Positions 25,800-37,426 of a stretch of 64,000 nt of DNA are shown here, in pieces. The notes under the pieces are model-generated. The model worked only from the letters and a program-made list of their open reading frames with translations. It made no database searches and was not told the DNA's origin. The translations under genes and the position numbers were made by a program. Where the stretch lies: the NCBI RefSeq assembly GCF_963921235.1, contig NC_086097.1, positions 117,926,001-117,990,000 on the forward strand. Reading direction: 5' to 3'. Position 1 is the first letter of the stretch, and each line of letters begins with the position of its first letter. Origin of the DNA: Mobula hypostoma (lineage: Eukaryota).

Positions 25800-26590
25800 G
25801 AGGGTGGAGCTTAGTGATGATGGCGCTGAACAGCAACTTCTGTGCTTGCATCTTCGGTAGAAGCTTTATTTCTATCTTTGATCTCTCTTTTTTCCCCTTT
25901 CAAGATTCTTTTGAAGACCCTGACCTGGAGTTACACTCTGACTTTGGTTCTTTGCGGGAATGGGACCCGCTCTTAGGGCCTCATGACTGGCCGCTTTTCA
26001 ATATGCCAAGGATCTGGCCTAGGAGACTACTGTGCCTTCAGGGTGCCAGATTTTCGTGACTCTGTTGGTGAGCAGATTCAAGGCCAGAGCCGCCGCTGCC
26101 TGATGCGTCGCGCAAGAACAAGGAAGACCAGAAACAGCAGGCTTGCTGCTGGCTGTGTGCCCAGAGGCACAGAGCTCGGAAAAAGCGACACAACAGACTT
26201 TTAACATCATAAATCAGTGTGTTGTTAGTTATGTCTCCCCTCTCGCTGTGAAACGGGGACACCGCTTTTTCCCTTATTAGGAAAAGAGAGAGCTTGTGGT
26301 ATGTTGAATACTGGGTGAACAAGTAGTCTTTGGGGTACTGCAAGTCTGTGTCTTTATTGACGCTTGTGTGCTTGGTGTATGTGTCAATGTTTTTTCGCTG
26401 GTAGGGGCAGGGTCGTAGCCTTATGCTGCTTGTGCGTGGGTCGGGGGAGCTGGGGCATACTTTGGGGTTCTAACATTTAACTGTCATTCATTCTTGGGCA
26501 CTCCTCTGTTTTTGCGGATATTTGCAAAGAAGAAGAATTTCAGGATGTATATTGTATACATTTCTCTGACATCAAATGTACCATTGAACC
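25800..26590 (+). repeat. Unclassified interspersed repeat with a LINE-like tail
   Basis: GC-richer block ending TGTATATTGTATACATTTCTCTGACATCAAATG; a related tail is seen in reverse at ~31190-31280. Confidence 0.4.
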
Positions 26591-26721
26591 CTATTGAGTA
26601 TGCAAGAGGAAAGAGAAAGCAAATTTCTGCATCTGACCCCAGATAAATATAGTTCCACATGCCTTAGGGATCTAGTCATTGGATTACACGTGCTCTTGCG
26701 AGATCTAGGTTTACCGCCAGT

Positions 26722-28050
26722 GCTTGAATGTTATCACCTCCAAAGCAAAACCAAGCAACATAAATGACAACGAAGTTTCACTCCCAAATGAACTCAATGT
26801 TCACTTCGACCAAAAAAACGTGGAGACACTTTCACAAACTCCCACAGCCCCCGATGGACCTATGATTTCAGCTTCTAAGGCCAACATATGTGCACCCTTC
26901 AGGAAGTGAACCTATGGAAATCATTTGGTCCAGACAATGTATCTGGCTGAGTACTGAAGACCTGTGATGATCAAATGTCCGGAGTGTTTTCTGTCATATT
27001 TAACTTCTCACTTCGGCAGTCTGAGATACCCATCTGATTCAAGCAGGCCTCAATTATACCGGTGCCCAGGAACAATATGGTAACCTGTCTCACTGACTAT
27101 TATCCAGTAGCACTTACACCCACTGTGATGAAGTGATTTGAGAGGTTGCTGATGAAACATATCAACTCCTGCCCGAGGAGTGATGAGGATTCGCTCCAAC
27201 TTGCCTACCACCACAACAGATCAACAGTAGATGCCATTTCCTTGATACTTCACTCAGCTCTTGAACATCTGGGTAATGAAGATACATATACCAGGATCCT
27301 CTTCATTGACTACAGCTCAGCATTCAACACTTATCATCCTGCAAAACTAATCACTAAACTCTGTGACTGAGGCCTCAATACCTCCCAGTGTTTCTGTATC
27401 CTCGATTTCCTCATTTGCAGATCCCAGTCACTATGGATTGGCAACAACATTTCCTCCATGATCACCATCAGCACAGGTACACTATAAAGCTGTATGCATA
27501 GCCTCCGGCTCTACTTGATTGTGCACCTAAGTGCAACTCCAATGCTATATTTACTGTGAGTTTGCTAACAACACCACTGTAGTTCACCAAATCAAAGTTG
27601 GCCACAAATAGGAGGAAGATTAAAAATCAGTTTGAGTGGTGCCACAGCAGCATCCTTTCATTCAACATTAGCAAAACCAAGAAGCTGATTATTGACCACA
27701 AGAGGAATAAATCAGGGATCCACGAGCCAGTGCTCATTAGGGGATTGGGGTGGAGAGGGTTATTAACACACGAGTGCCAATTCAAAGAAGGCACAGCAGC
27801 AGATCGACATTCTTAGAAGTTTACAGAGATTTGGATTTTATCAAAAACTTTACCTCATGGCCTAGTATGGAACTACCAATGTCCTTGAATGGCAAAGCCT
27901 ACAAAAGTTGGTGGATACAACCCAGAATATCACAGGTAAAGCATTCTACAAAGGGTGTTGAAATACGAAAGCAGCATCCATCACTGAGGACCCCATCATT
28001 CAGGCCATGCTGTCTTTTCACTGCCTTAGGTCCCATACCACTACAGTTGG
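26722..28050 (+). mobile_element. Degenerate Rex/Babar-like LINE RT
   Basis: SLPNELN, QLAYHHNRSTVDAISL..HL..TYTRILFIDYSSAFNT, NISKTKKLIID; many stops. Confidence 0.85.
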
Positions 28051-28275
28051 GTAAAAGTATGGCTGAGCCAAATTTGTACAGTTCCGGTTGCCACCTTGGA
28101 GGAAACATGCGGTCATAGAGTCATAGAAAAGTACAGCATAGAAACAGGCCCTTTGGCCCATCTAGTCCATCCTGAACTATTTAAACTGGCCCAGACCATA
28201 GCCCTCTTTGCCTCTCCCATCCATGTCGCTGCACAAATTTCTCTTAAACATTTTGCCTTTGTGCAAAAGATATTT

Positions 28276-28820
28276 ATCAAGACTGAGGTCCTTTAACATC
28301 TGGCAGACGATGCTGAGGATGTTCTACGAGTCTGTGGTGGCCAGTGCTATCATGTTTGCTGTTGTGTGCTGGGGCAGCAGACTGAGGGTAGCAGACACCA
28401 ACAGAATCAACAAACTCATTCGTAAGGCCAGTGATGTTGTGAGGATGGAACTGGACTCTCTGACGGTGGTGTCTGAAAAGAGGATGCTGTTCAAGTTGCA
28501 TGCCATCTTGGTCAATGTCTCCCATCCACTACATAATGTACTGGTTGGTCACAGGAGTACATTCAGCCAGAGTCTCATTCCACCGAGATGCAACACAGAG
28601 CGTGATAGGAAGTCATTCCTGCCTGTGGCCAACAAACTTTACAGCTCCTCCCTTGGAGGGTCAGACACCCTGAGCCAATAGGCTGGTCCTGGACTTATTT
28701 CCTGGCATAATTTACATATTACTATTTAATTATTTATGCTTTTATTACTATTTAATTATTTATGGTGCAACTGTAACGAAAACCAATTTCCCCTGGGATC
28801 AATAAATTATGACTGACTAC
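28276..28820 (+). mobile_element. Rex/Babar-like LINE 3' end
   Basis: RLRSFNI..MLRMFYESVVASAIMFAVVCWG..SHPLH..RKSFLPVA; ends GGGATCAATAAA plus a (GACT)n tail. Confidence 0.85.
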
Positions 28821-29699
28821 GGTTACGTAACCGGCAACAATAAATATCAATCGAGACAAGTTATATAAAAACAACCAAACATTTATTAAACATGTATAAA
28901 CGATAAGGAAAAAAAAACAAACAAAAACTTTAACCGGAAGTTAACAGATATGCAGCCGTTCACCAACTCGCCACTCGCCTCTGATTCTTAAAGCGTTAAA
29001 TGCGAAAACAGTTCTTAAAGCGATATAGTCAGATATAGTTCTTAAAGCGATAACTTCGAAAGTCCAACAGATTTACACATTCAATTGGGAAAGACTTCTC
29101 TGGAGAAGGATTTCTTCACAGATGCAACTTTCCTGCTGGTTCTGTCCACAGGATTCACGATGCCGAAAATAAACAGTTTAAATCAACTGACCTTAAATTC
29201 CTTTAGAGAGAGAGAGCACCTTTTTGCATGAACTCCTTTCTCTTATTGGCAAGAGCTATCTCTCGATGCAGGTAGCTACTCCTCCAATGAAGCCTCAATA
29301 AGGTCGATCCTTTATTAAACTGCCAAACGATGCTGACTTCTCTCGATCCTTCGGTCCTGTACTTCGATAAATTCTTCACTCTCCCTTCTACTGTTGGAAT
29401 TGGGTAAGTCAACACATCTAGCAAAAACTTCCAGTCCAATAATCTGATATCTTGCAACAGAACACACACTCCGTTTTAAAACAAAAACAAACACGCAACA
29501 GAAGCGGAGATACAGCACGCTCTACCTGGAAATCTACAAACTCAAAAACCCACTGCGTCAGCTGGATCGACCCTTATATAGTCATGGGTCACATGTCATC
29601 ACATGACCTCACATCAGCGGAAAAATCACATCAGGTGACCTCCAAAAGACCATTACATCAGTCTCACAAAAAAAAACACATCTCCTTGAGCATGTAACA
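28821..29699 (-). mobile_element. Solo LTR with 4-bp TSD CTAC
   Basis: Termini GGTTAC...GTAACA; CTAC at 28817-28820 and 29700-29703; TATAAG and AATAAA on the minus strand. Confidence 0.8.
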
Positions 29700-31589
29700 C
29701 TACTATACTACTATTAGCAAAGATAGACTTGGATTTTTTTTTATATGGCACTAGAGGCTGAGGGGTCACCTAATAGAAGTATATAAAATTAAGAGGGGCA
29801 TCGATGGGGTAGATAGTCAATTGTTTTCCTAGGATGGTGCCAAACACTAGAGAGCATGGATTTAAGATGGAGATGGGGTAATACTTAGAAGTGATTTACA
29901 AGGCAAGAGTTTTGTACACAGAGCTTGAATGTTGCCTGGAACACATAGCAAAGGTTCAAAGGTTCAATTTATTATCAAAGTATGTATGCAGAATACAACT
30001 CTGAGATTTGTCTTCTCCAGATAGCCATAAAACTATGGAAGTCATTGAGGAACCCCTCCCTCATGATAAAGAAAAAACAACAATACTTGGAAACTCCAAA
30101 ACCCCCAACCTCTCTCTTGCACAAAAACTAACAGGTTGCCCACCAGGACACGGCAGCTAAAACATCAAACCCCAAATCCCCAAGCTCCTCACACACAAAA
30201 AACAGCGACAATAACATCAAACACCCAAAAACCCACCCTCACCCAAAAAAGTAAGATATTGCCCACCCGCCAGTCGGTAACAAGAAAGAAAACACAGAAG
30301 AACTGAAGGAGACCAGTATAAACTACAATCAACACCAATAACCACATATGCCTCAGAATCTCGAAAACATCCCCCATCTGCACTAAGTAGAGAAACAGCT
30401 TGAACTCAGTTCGCTCATGGGACATTCATCTACCAGTATATGGCTTCCTGACCTCTGGTATGATGGAAGTGGTAGAAGTAGGTATAATAGTTACATTTAG
30501 AAAGGCATTTAAACAGGCCCATGAACATGAAGGTGACGAAAAGATACAGACCATATCTGGACAGATGGGATTAGTTTAAATTGGCATCATGATCAGCACA
30601 GATATAGTTGCCCTAAAAACCCACTCAGGTGCTGTCCTTTTCAATGTTCCCTGTTGTAAAGTCTGTGCTCATATGTTTTCCAGGATCCAGCCTCTCTTGT
30701 GAACTTCACAGAACTTCTTTATTGGCAATTGTACTGAAAATAAATTCTCAGAATTAGCTTACAATTCAATCTAGGCCAAAGTTGAAAGTAAATTTATAAT
30801 TGAAGTATGTGTATTTATGATATAAGGCCTTGAGCAGAACAAAGAAATACAACCCAATCAATGAAAAACTACCCACAAAGACTGACAAGCAACTGATGTG
30901 AAAAGAAAGACAAACTATGCAGATACAGCAATCATAATACAAAAAATATTATAAATAAATAAATAATACTGAGAACATGAGTTGTAGAGTCCTTGAAAGT
31001 GAGTTCATCAGATGTGTTCTGTGACCAGTTCATTGTTGTACAGTGAAATTCAATGGTCAGAATTAGAATTAGAATCAGAATCAGAATCAGGTTTATTATC
31101 ACTGGCATGTGACGTGAAATTTGTTAACTTAGCAGCAGCAATTCGATGCAATACATAATTTAGCAGAGAGAAAAAAATAAATAAGTTCTTCCATTTAATA
31201 TCAGAGAATATATACAACATACAACCTATATTTTTTACTCTCGGCAGATATCCACAGAACAGGAAAAAAACCCCAAAGAATGAATGACAGAGAAAACTAA
31301 GAACCCTAAAGCCCCCTTCCCCTCCCACGCATAAAAACATCAACCTTCCACCCTCACCTCTTATTCCAGCAGAAAACACCAATGCCCCCCCTACCTACCA
31401 GGTAAGCAACAACAAAGCCCCCATAGAGAGACTATGATCTATAGCCCATGAAACATTGTTGTTCACCCAACTGTTCAACATGCACCAGCTCTTTCTCTCA
31501 CTAACAAGGGAGAGAAATGTGTCACTCCTGCCCAGTGAGAGAGGAGAAAACAGCTCGCTGTTTTGATGTTACAGTCTGGTTATCTATAC

Positions 31590-32330
31590 TGGTTCAGGAA
31601 CCTGATGGTTTAAAAGTTCATGTACTTCCTGAAACCACTAAAACTTCTGTACCTCCTCTCAATGGCAGCAGCAAGAAGAGAACATGGCTGGATTGTGGGG
31701 GTCCTTGATGATGGAGGCTGCTTTCTTGTGGCAGTGTTCCTTATATGGATGTCCAGTCTTTATACACTTACACCCTGATCAGGAGGGCCTTAAAAGTCTC
31801 TGCTTCCTTTAAGTTCCTTCATCTTTACTGCTAATTGGTGGCGAGGATTTACCTATGATGAAATGGGCTGTATCCACCAATCTTTATGGACTTTTCTGGT
31901 CCTGGGCATTGGTGTTTCCATAGCAGGTCATAGTGCAACCAGTCAGGATATTCCCACAGTGCATCTACAGAAGTTTGTCAAAGTTTTAGATGACATGTCA
32001 AATCTGTGAAGACTTCTAAGAAAGTAGAGGCGCTGTAAACTTTGACATTTACATGCTGGTTCCAGGACAGATCCTCGGATCTGATAATACCATAAAATTT
32101 TAAGTTGCCAACACTCACCACCTTCGATCCCCTAATGAGGACTAGCTCATAGACCCTCATTTTCTTCCTCCTGTAGTTGATAATCAGCTCTTTAGTTTTG
32201 CTGATGTTCAATGAGAGGTTGTTGTTGTGGTACAATTCAACCAAATTTTCAATCTCCCTCCTGTATCTCGATTTATCACCACTTATGATTCAGCCAACAA
32301 CAAAGTGTCATCAGCAAACTTAACTATGTC
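31590..32330 (-). mobile_element. Degenerate Rex/Babar-like LINE RT 3' part
   Basis: KFADDT, NNLSLNISKTKELIINYRRK and EDLSW motifs on the minus strand. Confidence 0.8.
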
Positions 32331-33417
32331 AAAAAGTTGTTCTCCTTTGTGGTAATGATTATATGACACTATCTTCAATTTATAATACTCCATAATAAGT
32401 CATCCCAAGACCCTCAACAGGAATAATACTAAACAAAATTTGACATAAAAAGTGATAATGGGCCAGATTCTGTGGTTGGAAGTGGGCCAGCCACCTTGTT
32501 AGTCTCACTTGAATAAACGCCAAGATTATTTGAATTGATCAGGCAGCTGCAGCTTGACGAAGAGAGATAGCTGATGACAGGGAAAAGAGCTGGTTGGGCA
32601 GACATGACCCTTCCACAGCAAAGAGACAATTATTTCTGAGAGCTGGCAAAACAACATTAATTAGTTTACCAAGTATAGTGTTGCGTTGTTTTGTATGCAT
32701 AATAAAGAACTTCAGTTCCCATTGGGCAATGCAAAGGACCAGAACCGAAAGTTACGGTGGTAACAGGATTGCACGCACACAGCATTCAGCAACAGTTCAG
32801 TAATAAAATGTTCCAGTGTAAACCCACGCCAAGTTTGTTTATATTAACTAGAAACATAACATGCTGTCAGAAGACGGCATGAGGTCGAAACATGGAGAGT
32901 AAATGAATACAGTGTGCGACTGAGAAAGAGACAGCATGACTTCGAAAGGTGCTAGCGGCAAGAGTGGTTGGATGCTAGTTATGATGGAGAGGAGTTGACC
33001 AGCAGGGTGAGAAAGTATGTTATTCCCGAAGTTGAGCAGTCACTGGATGCACCAAGAAAGATTCAGGTGAGAGGCCAAGAGTTACCTGCTATGGATAAGC
33101 TAAGTCCTCCTACGCCTATGCAGTTTTCAGGCAATCTAACTGATAACTGAAAATGCTTCAAATAGTGATTCAATATATATTTAGTTGCTTGCAGAGTGGG
33201 AGGGACCGAGGAAAAATTGAAAGTGTTAATTTTTCTGCATATAATTGGTTAAGATGTTTGGGACACCTTTCACAGCTTTCAAATTGATGAGACCACCGTT
33301 ATGTTGGGCACTCTGATGACAAAATAGGAGGAGTATTTTGTCCCAAGACATAATTGTATGTTTGAAAGGTACAAGTTTTTTTTCCTGTTGACCAGAAACA
33401 AGGTATTAACTACAACT

Positions 33418-35120
33418 CAAACAACAGGAATTCTGCAGATGCTGGAAATTCAAGCAACACACATCAAAGTTGCTGGTGAATGCAGCAGGCCAGGCAGCAT
33501 CTCTAGGAAGAGGTGCAGTCGACGTTTCAGGCCGAGACCCTTCGTCAGGACTAACTGAAGGAAGAGTGAGTAAGGGATTTGAAAGTTGGAGAGGGAGGGG
33601 GAGATCCAAAATGATAGGAGAAGACAGAATGGAGAGGGATAGAGCCAAGAGCTGGACAGGTGTAGGCAAAAGGGGATACGAGAGGATCATGGGACAGGAG
33701 GTCTGGGAAGAAAGACAAGGGGGGGGTGACCCAGAGGATGGGCAAGAGGTATATTCAGAGGGACAGAGGGAGAAAAAGGAGAGTGAGAGAAAGAATGTGT
33801 GCATAAAAAGAAGTAACAGATGGGGTACGAGGGGGAGGTGGGGCCTTAGCGGAAGTTAGAGAAGTCGATGTTCATGTAATCAGGTTGGAGGCTACCCAGA
33901 CGGAATATAAGGTGTTGTTCCTCCAACCTGAGTGTGGCTTCATCTTTACAGTAGAGGAGGCCGTGGATAGACATGTCAGAATGGGAATGGGATGTGGAAT
34001 TAAAATGTGTGGCCACTGGGAGATCCAGCTTTCTCTGGCGGACAGAGCGTAGATGTTCAGCAAAGCGGTCTCCCAGTCTGCGTCGGGTCTCGCCAATATA
34101 TAAAAGGCCACATCGGGAGCACCGGACGCAGTATATCACCCCAGTCGACTCACAGGTGAAGTGTTGCCTCACCTGGAAGGACTGTTAGGGGCCCTGAATG
34201 GTGGTAAGGGAGGAAGTGTAAGGGCATGTGTAGCACTTGTTCCGCTTACAGGGATAAGTGCCAGGAGGGAGATCAGTGGGGAGGGATGGGGGGGACAAAT
34301 GGACAAGGGAGTTGCGTAGGGAGCGATCCCTGTGGAATGCAGAGGGGGGGGTGGGAAAGATGTGCTTAGTGGTGGGATCCCATTGGAGGTGGCGGAAGTT
34401 ACGGAGAATAATATGTTGGACCAGGAGGCTGGTGGGGTGGTAGGTGAGGACCAGGGGAACCCTATTCCTAGTGGGGTGGCGGGAGGATGGAGTGAGAGCA
34501 GATGTACGTGAAATGGGGGCGATGCGTTTAAGAGCAGAGTTGATAGTGGAGGAAGGGAAGCCCCTTTCTTTAAAAAAGGAAGACATCTCCCTCGTCCTAG
34601 AATGAAAAGCCTCACCCTGAGAGCAGATGCGGCGGAGACAGAGGAATTGCAAGAAGGGGATGGCGTTTTTGCAAGAGACAGGGTGAGAAGAGGTATAGCC
34701 CAGATAGCTGTGAGAGTCAGTAGGCTTATAGTAGACATCAGTGGATAAGCTGTCTCCAGAGACAAAGACAGAAAGATCTAGAAAGGGGAGGGAGGTGTCG
34801 GAAATGGACCAGGTAAACTTGAGAGCAGGGTGAAAGTTGGAGGCAAAGTTAATAAAGTCAACGAGTTCTGTATGTGTGCAGGAAGCAGCGCCAATGCAGT
34901 CGTCAATGTAGCGAAGGAAAAGTGGGGGATAGATACCAGAATAGGCACGGAACATAGATTGTTCCACAAAGCCAACAAAAAGGCAGGCATAGCTAGGACC
35001 CATACGGGTGCCCATAGCTACACCTTTAGTTTGGAGGATGTGGAAGGAGCCAAAAGAGAAATTATTAAGAGTAAGGACTAATTCCGCTAGACGGAGCAGA
35101 GTGGTGGTAGAGGGGAACTG
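33418..35120 (-). mobile_element. Penelope-like (Neptune-type) element, 5'-truncated, 13-bp TSD
   Basis: RT MGTRMGPSYA..RYIDD and GIY-YIG VIYC..LYIGET; ATTAACTACAACT at 33405-33417 and 35121-35133. Confidence 0.95.
33517..33552 (-). ncRNA. Minimal type I hammerhead ribozyme motif
   Basis: Minus strand reads AGTC-CTGACGA-AGGgtctcggCCT-GAAA-CG-TC-GACT. Confidence 0.75.
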
Positions 35121-35214
35121 ATTAACTACAACTAATAGTTATCAGAGCTTTATACACTGAATAAGTCCTGTGAATTTGGAAATTTGAGAAACTCACTAGT
35201 TAGAGACAGGATAG

Positions 35215-36284
35215 TGTCATGTTCCGGTCCATGAAGTCCATATTCTGGTTCATGGTCTGGTCCATCGACCCTTACTCCAGGTTTTCCTGTCTACCCTGTT
35301 TCTGTTCCTGTTAAGCACTAATTAAGGCAGTTGATGCTCGTTGGGGCTGGCTGCATAAATACCTCCAGAGACCAGGGCGTGGCTGCCGGATTGTTCTTGT
35401 CCTTACTCCTTGTATCCCTTGCTCTTTCTTCTGGTTCCTCGCCTGAAGCCCTGCCTTGTCTTGCCGGTAACTATCGCCTCGTCTCGCCTGCAGTCTTGTC
35501 CTGGAGCCACCTTGTACCTAGCTCCCTTCCTGTCCCTTGCCTCCGCCCAGGTAAGACAGGCCGTCTTGCCATTACCTGGGGTTGGTTCTGTCCCTTCCTG
35601 TCCCTTGCCTCTGTCGGGTGGTGATCCGCACCCTGCCCAAGAATATCGCGTGCTGCCCAGGTGAGCCATACCCTGCCCAGGAGGAGCCAAGCCTCGCCTC
35701 AAGTCTCCTGTCTCCTGCCTCCTGCCAAGCCTCACCTCAAGTCTGCTGCCTCCAGCTTCCTGCCTCGCCTCACCTCGTCTCCTGCCTCCAGCTTCCTGCC
35801 TCGCCTCACCTCAAGTCTCCAGCCTTCAGCCTCCAGCCTCGCCTCACCTCAAGTCTCCTGCCTCCAGCCTCCAGCCTCACCTCGCCTCAAGTCTCCTGCC
35901 TCCAGCCTCCATCCTCACCTTGCCTCAAGTCTCCTGCCTCCAGCCTTCAGCCTCCAGCCTCGCCTCGCCTCGTCTCCTGCCTCCAGCCTCCAGCCTCGCC
36001 TCACCTCAAGTCTCCTACCTCCAGCCTCATCCTGCCTGCCTGCCAAGCCTCATCCTTGCCTAGTTCTGGGGTCCGAGCAAGAGGCAAGACCCAGTACTGA
36101 GTCCTCGTTCACTCTCTGGCTCGGAGTCCAAGCATGGGCTCCTAGCTCTTTTGTCCAGTCCTGTTCCAGGTTCCTGGCTTTCCTGTCCATGTCCTTGCCA
36201 TCGCCCTGTATCCTAGTCCTGTCCCTAGTACTTCAGTGTCTGTGTCTTGCACATGGGTCCATTCCCAGCCATGCCCTTATGACA
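35215..36284 (+). mobile_element. Solo LTR with 5-bp TSD GATAG and internal minisatellite
   Basis: TGTCAT...ATGACA termini; GATAG at 35210-35214 and 36285-36289; host gag RDRIV is split at this point. Confidence 0.85.
35688..36060. repeat. Irregular C/T-rich minisatellite
   Basis: About ten variable units of CCTCCAGCCTCGCCTCACCTCAAGTCTCCTG. Confidence 0.9.
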
Positions 36285-37426
36285 GATAGTTGGGAAATCC
36301 AGAGAATGGACTCAGAGAAAGACTGCTGCATGAAAATATTTGATGCTAGAAAAGGCTATGAATATGTGCAGGGCAGCAGAGACTACAGGAGCACAAGCTA
36401 AGGAGCTGCATAAGGCAGGCAAACAGTCTATGCTGTGAAAATAGAGGAGCAGCACACAAGGCATTTCCCAAAGCAACAGAAAAGCAAAGAGGATGTCTGA
36501 AACAGCAAATGCAACAAAATGAGTGGATTTGATCTCACGAGCAGTAAAGTGTTTCCAGATGCTGAAAAGAGTCACGACTGAAGAACATGTGCTGATGTTT
36601 TATAATTCAGAAATGTATACTAGGTGTCCCGGCACAGCCTTGGAGCGATATTACTGTGGCAGCATAATGACACATGGCAACCTGTAGCCTATGCATGAGA
36701 AACTTTAACGAGTGTGGAAGCCAACTATGCATAGATAGAGAAAGAAGTTTTCGCCAGCACATATGCATGCAAGAGGTTCCATCGAAACATCTATGGACAA
36801 GGTTTGGAATTGGAGACAGACCATGAATCACTGGTCTCAGTTATGACCAATCCACTGAATCCCATGAGGATACATGTTGATAAGGCTGCAGAAATATGAT
36901 GTGAAGATGATCTACTCACTGGAAAAACATATATTTGCTCCTGATGCATTGTCTCTAACAGTCAACAAGGAAGAAAAGGGTGACCAAGAGGTTACTGCAG
37001 ATAACAGACCTACGTTGATATCACCCCAACCGTCCCCTCACCATTGACACCCCCAGCCTCCCCCCTCCCCCCTCTGATCCCAGCTCTCATCCGTGCCGGG
37101 TCTTTACCATCCCCTCCGTCCTTCAACTGTCGGAGGCAGAACGCTCTGTTCAGATCCCACCGTCAACTCCTGGGCCCTCAGAGGCTCCATCTTCCTCTCA
37201 CCCCAACCCTCCCCTCTCCATTGACACCTTCAGCCTCCCCCCTCCCCCCTCTGATCCCAGCTCTCATCCGTGCCGGGTCTTTACCATCCCCTCCGACCTT
37301 CCACTGTCGGAGGCAGAACGCTCTGTTCTCAGTAAGGGCCTCACGTTTGTCCCCCTTCGCCCACACCTCAGCGAGTTCCGTGTTCGCCATGATGCGGAAC
37401 TTTTCTTCCACCGTCTCCGTCTCTGA

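Noticed and set aside
35688..36060. Possible CRISPR-like array
   Set aside because: Units are degenerate, have no unique spacers and lie in a eukaryotic context without cas genes.
35582..36401. 172-aa and 246-aa S/P/L-rich ORFs
   Set aside because: They are stop-free readings of the minisatellite inside a solo LTR.
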